From Schizochytrium sp. TIO01 (taxonomy: Eukaryota > Protista > Bigyra: Labyrinthulomycetes), in assembly GCA_004764695.1 (NCBI GenBank), contig SMSO01000025.1:2604001-2668000 (forward strand): a DNA stretch of 64,000 bases. Reading direction: 5' to 3'. A model generated the notes under the pieces. The model was given only the letters and a program-made list of their open reading frames with translations, had not been told where the DNA came from and did no database searches. The position numbers and the translations under genes were made by a program. This document shows positions 56,569-64,000 of this stretch, piece after piece. Positions within the stretch are counted from its first letter, which is position 1. The number at the start of each line of letters is the position of its first letter.

Positions 56569-58139
56569 GACTCCTGATGACCCCGAGCAAGCCTACTCTA
56601 CTTGAGCTACGCGCTTCTGCGTTCGCAAGAGATCGGAGCTGCGATGAAACAGAGCGAGAAAGTAGAATGCCGAGGGCTGGAGTCTAAGGCAGCAAGCTTT
56701 CCCTGCGCCCTTTGAAGCAGAGCTGCACGGTCCACTTAATGCAATGAGCTTTTAGATTGGAGAGCGCCTTCGACCAACTCGTGGAGGAAGGCCGGGCAGG
56801 ATCTTCCGGCTGAACTCGGAGGGCCCAAGCAGCAAACAACGACTGTCTGGCTGACTCACGCACGCGGGACAGCGCGAAGCTCCCGTCCTGGGGTGCTTGA
56901 CGAGGGACTACGTAAGTATTTACGTTCTGCCAGAAATTTGGCATTCTTTACTCTGATCACTCTAAACAGTCAGTCTTTAAGCAAAGCTACATAAATATAT
57001 CTACATAGGAGTCAGGACTAGGACCGCTACGGGAGTCCACTTTCAGTGGATTGAGAGTTACGTATTACACTAGCCATTAGGAACCCACCTACTGCTATCC
57101 ATAGCAGTCTCCACACTTTGAAAGAGTTTTTAAAACCACGAATAAAATTGTTATAGGTAGTACCTCCTATGTCCCGAACTAATAGAAATAAAAATTCTTA
57201 ATATTGAGAGTGCACGCGCCAGTTCCCATGCCGCTAGCACCCGAATACGGTTTTGCGTAAGGGTGCGAGGAAGGGCGTCCGAAGGAGCAGAGCAGCCTTA
57301 AGGGTAACCCTCGCGGCACAGCTCTTCCCGGGATATGTCGCAGTACGCTTCCAACGCGCAAAGCTCAGAGCCCGACCTGCTACGCAGCAGGTGTACGCAA
57401 GAGGAGGAGCTCGTGGGCATTTGAAGGCCAGTGCGATCTTGGAGAGCAAGTCGATGGTCGTCAGCAGTGGACGCACAGCGGAAGAGGCTTTCGGAAAGTA
57501 TACCTACTTATTACGTCGAGACGCGTCTCCCGAGTGTAGGTACTACTGATGTCCTTCGATCAAGGCCATCTTCGAAGCCGGAGGAGGTCTCAGACCCTTG
57601 GAGGCTCTACGTACTTGGAGCATGTTTGCATTGAGGAGCTGAAGGCGTAGAATCGATGGTGGGGACTCCTAAACTTGGGTGTTGTTTTATTTGTAGATTT
57701 ACGTACAGAACAGTACATACGAAGTTAAAATAAGGACTCGATGGAAGGAATACGAACGCACATACCCAAGCTCACCCACCTTAACTGAAGTAACTTTGAA
57801 AGGAGTTTAGGCTTTTAGGCTCGATTGCGTACCGAGGTACTTACTAGGCTCTGGCTACCATGGTGCTATATGATATTGGTAGATACAATTCAATTATTCG
57901 GCACTCACTCTCATCATTAAAAAAAGAGTAAAATAACAATAAAAAGATAACAAAACAAAATAGCTGTGTAGGTCTTTCTTTAAAAGTAGGTAGCAGAATT
58001 ATCAGAGAGGGAGGAAAGTTGCATAAGCAAATCCTTCATTGGCTTATTAATTTCTCTTCTAAAGCAGGGCTGTCATGATTACCACCCGGCATACCTGGCT
58101 TGTGTCAGCAAAACCGAATCACTGAAAAGGTGTGAAGAA

Positions 58140-61100
58140 ATGAATGCGATGATGCAATCTATCCTGGGATTGCTAGTGCGGCAGCCGATGCGATCAAGTC
58201 CTAGCTCTAATCAGACGAGCAAACGCCAGGATGGAGTTCATGTCGCTGCGTCAGCCGTATCATCGTCAGCCACGACCTCGAATGAAAGCAACCGCATTGA
58301 ATCTTCAGGCAAAGCTAATACCTCGACAACTCCTAGTAAGATTGCAGGCGAAATAAAAAGCAAAGCCGCCGTTCAGCAGAAGGCAAACAGAAAGGGCTCG
58401 GTCATAGTCTCAAATGAGAACAACCGCGTAGAACCCAGTGGCAAAGCCAACACCTCTTCAACTCCTGGCAAAAGTGCAGGTAAAAGGAAAAGCAAAGCCG
58501 CCGCTCAGCAGAAGGCAGACAGACAGGGCTCGGCCATAGTCTCAAATGAGAACAACCGCGTAGAACCCAGTGGCAAAGCCAACACCTCGACAACTCCTGC
58601 CAAAAGTGCAGGTAAAAAGAAAAGCAAAGCCGCCGTTCAGCAGAAGGCAGACAGGCAGGGCTCTGTCCAGTCTCCAAATGCAAAGGAACAACCAAAGACT
58701 AAGCATCCAGGCTCATCGAAGAAGGCGAAGAAGGAGGATTCTTGTGGCAACACTAACACCCCTCGGAAACAGGGAAAAGATAAACCAGGCAACAACCCTA
58801 GCCTATACAAATACAAGGAAATTGAAAATATCCCCGTGGAAGAATTTCCGGAGAAGATCAGAAACCTTATTTCAAGACTTAAGAAACAGCGCGAAGGACC
58901 CAGTGGTATGCTGAGTGTTGGGCTTCTTCAGAGAGATCCGCTTGATCAAATTGATCTTGAACAAGACCAAGTCAAGCGCAGCCATCAGCTCATGTTTGAA
59001 GACCTTCTGGAATCTTTCCGTAACGACATTTCTGTGCTGCAATCTCCTGCAACCGCTGAAAGCTCTCCTCAGAACAAGCGGCTAAAAAACATTCTGAAAA
59101 ACCGTACATACGGTGTCAAGGACCCTTTGAGAATTTCCTATGTCAACAAACCAGGAAATGGTAGCAGGCCAGAACGACGATCAGATCCGGGGGTGATTAT
59201 TAAACTTGACCTCAAGAAAACCCAACAAACAAAAAAATATTGGGATGATAACATCAAGATTTTTCAATCTGAGTCCGTGGTATGCATTGTCTCTCATCAA
59301 AAAGACGCAACACCAAAACCTCTGGCTATAGCCCAAGTTGCGGGTCGCCGTTTCACGTTAGAGCAGCGCGGAGAGCTCACCCTTCAGTTGTGGGATAGGA
59401 ATGAATTTGTTAGGTTACTCCTGGCCCCGTACGAGACCCTAGAGGTCGTACAGCTCTCCGGAACCATCTTCGCACATAAACATGTGTTGAGCAAACTGCA
59501 CAGATTGACCGAGATGGAGCTTCCTTCCAATATAAGAAACTCATTCCTTGGTACTGAGGAAGGGAAAAACGAGATTGTTTCTGACTTATCTTCCCAACTC
59601 AAAGAAGAAATTGTGACTCTTCGAACTGTTAACGATGCGGAAGATCTCAACGTGAAGCTTAAACTTCGTCTCAGGAGGGAGTTGCGGCTTGATAAACCTC
59701 AACGAGAAGCTGTTGCGAGCGGTCTCTCAAGGCGGCTCAGCCTCATTCAAGGCCCACCTGGTACAGGCAAATCTCTATGTGGCGCTATGGTTGGACGTCT
59801 CTTGCATGACGAGCTCGTGCGTACAGCAAGTACAAAAGCAATTCTCTGCGTATGTGTCACAAACCATGCTGTTGACCAATATCTCGAAGATCTCCTTGAT
59901 ATGGGCGTTCCTGAAGAATCTATTGTTCGTCTCGGAGGTAACAAAAAGCGAATTGCTCCTCGTATACGGGATTTGATGTTGGACTCAAAAGCGAATGGGA
60001 CCCAAGATAAAAAAACGAAAGCAACAGTATGGGAATATTATAATAGGATTGAAGAGATAGGAAGTGAAGTTGAGAAAGTGTGGAGAGAGTTTGAACATGT
60101 AAGGGACTACCTTGCGATCAAGAAAACACTTGAAAACCTTCTTTTAATTGATAGATTCAAAACAATGGCTCAAGCCATTCAGAAGGCCTTCACGGTAAAA
60201 TCCATGAGCAGCGGCTATGAGGTTGCTGGGCAAACAGATATAGGAAATATATTCCACAAATGGATTCAAGGAGAAACAAAACTTCCTTTTGAGATGAACG
60301 CAGATGTGTTGGGACTCTGGGATCTTCCCAAGAATCAACGCAATTTCTTTGCTCAACAGATTCGGTGTGCTGTGTTAGAGGAGTTGTCCTCGTCCTTATT
60401 TACTAAGTTGAGTGGAATTCAGAATGCCCAGCTTGAGCTCCGACAACTGTATCGCCATACTAGTAGTCGTAACATCCTTTCTCGCAAAGATATTATCGGA
60501 TGCACGTCCGCCGCTGCTGCAAATTACGAAGCAGAGCTAAAATCCCGTGGGATCTCAACCGTCATTATCGAAGAGGCAGGAGAAATGCTTGAGCCACAGC
60601 TCATTGCAGTCTTCCCTACAGATTTTGATCGACTGGTTCTAATCGGCGACCACAAGCAGCTTCGCCCACAAGTCAATAGCTATTCACTCCAAAAGGAGTC
60701 TGGACGTGGTTTCAACTTGAACGTTTCTAGCTTTGAGAGACTCGTAGTGGAGAATAATTTTCCGCATGATTTATTAGAACAACAGCATCGCATGCACAAA
60801 AAAATTTCGTTGCTCGTACGGACATTGATTTATCCTAGACTTCGTGACGCGGACAGCGTACATAAACGCGAGATTAAACAAATACTACGACAGCCAGTTG
60901 TGTTCTGGAATCACTCTTGCTTTGAGGCCACAGGCGGAGATGAAACAAGCATGTCGCGTAGAAATCCTGGCGAGGCAGATCTTGTCAAAATCGCTGTCGA
61001 GTATCTTTTAAAAAGTGGGGTCCCGGAAAGTGAGATTGCTGTTCTTACTACCTATTTAGGGCAAGTTCGTGAGCTGAGAAAGTCTCTAGACAAATTAACG

Positions 61101-62660
61101 AAAAGCTTTAATCTCGATGAACGTGACAGGGATAGAATGCTTGAGCAAGATCTTGCTGTTGATGATTTCAAAGACCATGGATTGCGACTTGCAACAGTAG
61201 ATAACTTTCAGGGCGAGGAAGCCCGATACGTTATTGTTTCACTCGTGAGGAGCAACTCAAGTGGCGATATTGGTTTCCTTAAGAGCGCTCAGCGATTAAA
61301 TGTTTTGCTATCCCGTGCCAGGGATGGGATGATTCTAGTTGGCAATCTCGACACGTTTACTCAAAGTCAATCTGAAATATGGGTTAAACTTGAGATATTA
61401 CTCAGAAGGCAGCGCTATATCTTTGATGGTCTTCCCGTACAATGCCCTGAACATGTGGATCAGAAGGGCGTTTGGAAGAATTCAAAAGACGTCAATATGG
61501 CACAGCTTTGTAGGGTTTCAGTTGTAAAACATTTGAAATGTGGTCACGTTCAGTTCTGTGCGTGTAGCGCAAAGACGAGCCAATGCACCGAGATTATCTC
61601 TGGTCACTGTTCTCGTGGTCACAAAGTCGAGGTCAAGTGCTGTGCAAAAGATCAACCACTGTTTGCTTGTGACAGCTGTCGAATTCTTGACGAAGAAAAA
61701 AAAGCGCGCAAAAGTCGTGAACGCAAACTCTGGAAGGAGCTGCAATATTATGAAAAATTGGAGATTTTTCATAAATTAAAGATGGAGGAACTCGAAGAGA
61801 CAAGGAAACACCAGCAACATATAGAAGAGCTTGAACATAGATGTAAAGTGAGGGATATGGAGCTTGAATCTGCGGAAGATCAAAGAAGGGCAGACATCGA
61901 AAGAATCCGGAAAATCAAGAAAGCTGAGTTGGAGGCACTGACGCAGCGTATTGAGATGTTGCGCGTTGCCGAAGCGACATGTGTTATTTGTATGGAAGAT
62001 AACGTTACTCTCTCAGGACGTGAAATTTGCTGCTCAGAAAGACATTTAGTATGTGGCGAATGTTCCCTTATTGTTGCTCAGGACGTCTTTAATCATTCAA
62101 ATAACATGATCGATGATAGGTTTGAACGCTTCAAGTGCCCAGCATGCGATGACATGATAGAAATTGATAGTGTGCTCGACAAAGAATCTCGTGCAAAGTT
62201 AAAAGATGCTGCACATGAGAAGCTTAAAGTGAAGATTGAACGTGAAACGGAGGAACGTATCAAGCGTGAGCAAATCGAGCTAGGAGAAGTCCAAAAGCAT
62301 ATCCGTATCATTAACGAAACCATCCTAACACTTAAATGTCCAAATGGGCACGCTTTTCACGATTTTACAGGCTGCTGCGCTCTCCAGTGTGGAATCTGTA
62401 GATGCCACTTTTGTGCATTGTGCCTTCAGGAAAGTCCCTGCAGCCAAACTAGCCACGCACACCTCATGACTACCTGCAAGAGCTTTCCAGATACATTGCC
62501 ACGCGATGTTTTTGTAAGCGACGACCAGTTTCAGGAGATTTCTATGAATCGGAAAAGCACACAAGTCAGGCTGTACCTGCTTGATCTCATTGACCCGATG
62601 GTTCGAAGAGGTGTAAGAATGGAAATCCTGAAATCAAATGCTGAGCTGGATCTTCTGTAA
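58140..62660 (+). CDS. ZNFX1-family (UPF1-like SF1) RNA helicase fused to a Cys-rich region, coiled coil, RING and Rcat/RING2-like domain
   Basis: LIQGPPGTGKS, CVTNHAVDQYLE, IVRLGG, IIEEAGEMLE, LIGDHKQLRP, S.FERL, QHRM, TVDNFQGEE, SLVRSN and RLNVLLSRARDG; the EEA Walker B and TNHA.DQ.LE are ZNFX1-type. The C-terminus has CVIC...H.VCGEC...CPAC and CPNGH...GCCALQCGICRCHFCALCL. Confidence 0.92.
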   Translation: MNAMMQSILGLLVRQPMRSSPSSNQTSKRQDGVHVAASAVSSSATTSNESNRIESSGKANTSTTPSKIAGEIKSKAAVQQKANRKGSVIVSNENNRVEPSGKANTSSTPGKSAGKRKSKAAAQQKADRQGSAIVSNENNRVEPSGKANTSTTPAKSAGKKKSKAAVQQKADRQGSVQSPNAKEQPKTKHPGSSKKAKKEDSCGNTNTPRKQGKDKPGNNPSLYKYKEIENIPVEEFPEKIRNLISRLKKQREGPSGMLSVGLLQRDPLDQIDLEQDQVKRSHQLMFEDLLESFRNDISVLQSPATAESSPQNKRLKNILKNRTYGVKDPLRISYVNKPGNGSRPERRSDPGVIIKLDLKKTQQTKKYWDDNIKIFQSESVVCIVSHQKDATPKPLAIAQVAGRRFTLEQRGELTLQLWDRNEFVRLLLAPYETLEVVQLSGTIFAHKHVLSKLHRLTEMELPSNIRNSFLGTEEGKNEIVSDLSSQLKEEIVTLRTVNDAEDLNVKLKLRLRRELRLDKPQREAVASGLSRRLSLIQGPPGTGKSLCGAMVGRLLHDELVRTASTKAILCVCVTNHAVDQYLEDLLDMGVPEESIVRLGGNKKRIAPRIRDLMLDSKANGTQDKKTKATVWEYYNRIEEIGSEVEKVWREFEHVRDYLAIKKTLENLLLIDRFKTMAQAIQKAFTVKSMSSGYEVAGQTDIGNIFHKWIQGETKLPFEMNADVLGLWDLPKNQRNFFAQQIRCAVLEELSSSLFTKLSGIQNAQLELRQLYRHTSSRNILSRKDIIGCTSAAAANYEAELKSRGISTVIIEEAGEMLEPQLIAVFPTDFDRLVLIGDHKQLRPQVNSYSLQKESGRGFNLNVSSFERLVVENNFPHDLLEQQHRMHKKISLLVRTLIYPRLRDADSVHKREIKQILRQPVVFWNHSCFEATGGDETSMSRRNPGEADLVKIAVEYLLKSGVPESEIAVLTTYLGQVRELRKSLDKLTKSFNLDERDRDRMLEQDLAVDDFKDHGLRLATVDNFQGEEARYVIVSLVRSNSSGDIGFLKSAQRLNVLLSRARDGMILVGNLDTFTQSQSEIWVKLEILLRRQRYIFDGLPVQCPEHVDQKGVWKNSKDVNMAQLCRVSVVKHLKCGHVQFCACSAKTSQCTEIISGHCSRGHKVEVKCCAKDQPLFACDSCRILDEEKKARKSRERKLWKELQYYEKLEIFHKLKMEELEETRKHQQHIEELEHRCKVRDMELESAEDQRRADIERIRKIKKAELEALTQRIEMLRVAEATCVICMEDNVTLSGREICCSERHLVCGECSLIVAQDVFNHSNNMIDDRFERFKCPACDDMIEIDSVLDKESRAKLKDAAHEKLKVKIERETEERIKREQIELGEVQKHIRIINETILTLKCPNGHAFHDFTGCCALQCGICRCHFCALCLQESPCSQTSHAHLMTTCKSFPDTLPRDVFVSDDQFQEISMNRKSTQVRLYLLDLIDPMVRRGVRMEILKSNAELDLL
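58278..58670 (+). repeat. Three tandem 132-bp (44-aa) coding repeats
   Basis: Units start at 58278, 58410 and 58542 (SNENNRVEPSGKANTS.TP.KSAGK.KSKAA.QQKADRQGS). Units 2 and 3 are nearly identical. Confidence 0.95.
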
Positions 62661-64000
62661 TGGATTTTAGCAGGTTAACCAACTTTGAAGAATTTATTTT
62701 ATTTGGGATTTATACATCCATCCGATCGGCAATCTTGTTTAGTCGAGTATCTTGAATGATAAAACAAGCAAACACTTTCACTTTTGTAGATCTTCACCAC
62801 CCCTTTGGAGCCTATCATGGGGTGCTCGTTACTTGTTGCACAGTGTGAAACTACGAACCAAGAGTCCTATCAAGTAATCTCGAAAAATAAAGGAAAGATA
62901 ATTGTAGTCCAAATAAAAATGAGTGTGAGATTCTTTTGAATTTCAGGGCTACCTAGTTCACATATTACCTGCTGCTACCTACATAATGCAGTTTTAAGAA
63001 AACTCGCTTAAGAAAACATCGTCAAGCTAAAGATTGGGAAAGATGTTGAATGCTTCAGAATCTTCTTAGTACGTCCATCTCCAACAATAGTACTATGTCC
63101 ATGTCCATACATTGTACCGCTAATAGCTGAAAGCTACACGTTGGTGTTGAATTGAGCGACGAAAGCACGTACTTCTAGACGGTTGAACATAGACATTGGA
63201 AGTAGTGACCTCCTTTCAAAAACCTTGCTCGACGAGGCTTTGGTTATTCCTCCAGCAGCTGTATACGATATTCTTTAGAAAGGTCATACCGTTACCTCTT
63301 TTTTTTTTCTTTTTTTTTTCTTGAGGTGTCCGCCGTCCAAGCTGGCAAAAAAGTAGAAGGGAGATAAGATCTCATGAGTTAAATTTTTAAGAATGTATAT
63401 TTCCGCTACTTCAATTTGAAAACTGGTTTGGTCACGTTCTTTGTACCGGGTCTCATATTCTATATTATGCTTACAACTTGAATCAATTCCTGTATACGAC
63501 GCTTGGTATGTCGTGTTCATACTTCTCCCCAACAATGACACTTTCGCACCCTGCTTGTGCATCTTGATGTCATTAATTGCGTTTAGATTTCTGGCACCTT
63601 TTCCAAATCCGGTGAATCCATTTGGAATAACCTGAAAAACCTGAAGAGCGTTTTTGTCTTCGTCTAGTTATTCCTTTTCCTTTCACAAATAAAGAATAAC
63701 AAAGTATAGATTAGTGATGAGTATTTAACGTCCCCAGCTACGGAACCTGTTGACCCCGTTCCATCTAGTCATTCTACGAGCAAATTTAGAGAGGGAACAT
63801 CAACCTTCCAATAAAGCTGTTTCCAGTCTTTAAAACCGCACACAATGTTATGCGGTGTTGGAGTGATGCCCGATGCAAAGTTATCCGTTGAAAATGTGTT
63901 CGCCAGCTAAAGACCTTATTAAGGGGAAAACTAGGCCTGAGACGGTCTCCCACAAGCGGTGTGCGCTCAATGCTCTCTTTCAGCGCTCTGATTGAACCTC

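Noticed and set aside
55240-58670. Tandem repeats as a CRISPR-like array or mobile element
   Set aside because: There are no unique spacers, unit lengths are multiples of three and in frame within ORFs, and no cas or transposase genes are present.

Overview
Eukaryotic nuclear DNA that is gene-dense and intron-poor (two GT-AG introns reconstructed), with AT- and microsatellite-rich intergenic DNA. This style suggests a stramenopile protist such as a thraustochytrid, but that is inference and not provable here. About 16 protein-coding genes are present. Most are housekeeping: GAPDH, NUP85, NAR1/CIAO3, BUD31-like, TRM3/TARBP1-like, a SET-domain methyltransferase, a kinesin-12-like motor, TRAPPC10, a small cytidylyltransferase, a ferric reductase, CCZ1, EXO70, a rhomboid protease and PDCD2L. 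There is also a secreted four-vWA/poly-Asp protein. No rRNA, tRNA, CRISPR or intact mobile element was seen. The most notable feature is a head-to-head gene pair at 54.8-62.7 kb whose products share a paralogous C-terminal RING-helix-Rcat-like ubiquitin-ligase module but carry different N-terminal putative RNA sensors. One has a RIG-I/LGP2-CTD-like Zn domain, and its candidate catalytic Cys is replaced by Gly. The other has a ZNFX1-family SF1 RNA helicase and retains the Cys. This is a candidate paired sensor/executor antiviral system. Secondary oddities are a BUD31 lacking 5 of 9 Zn-cluster cysteines, a TRM3-like protein with degenerate SpoU motifs, and a prokaryote-style cytidylyltransferase carrying an intron. 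All family calls come from motif recognition by eye, not database searches.
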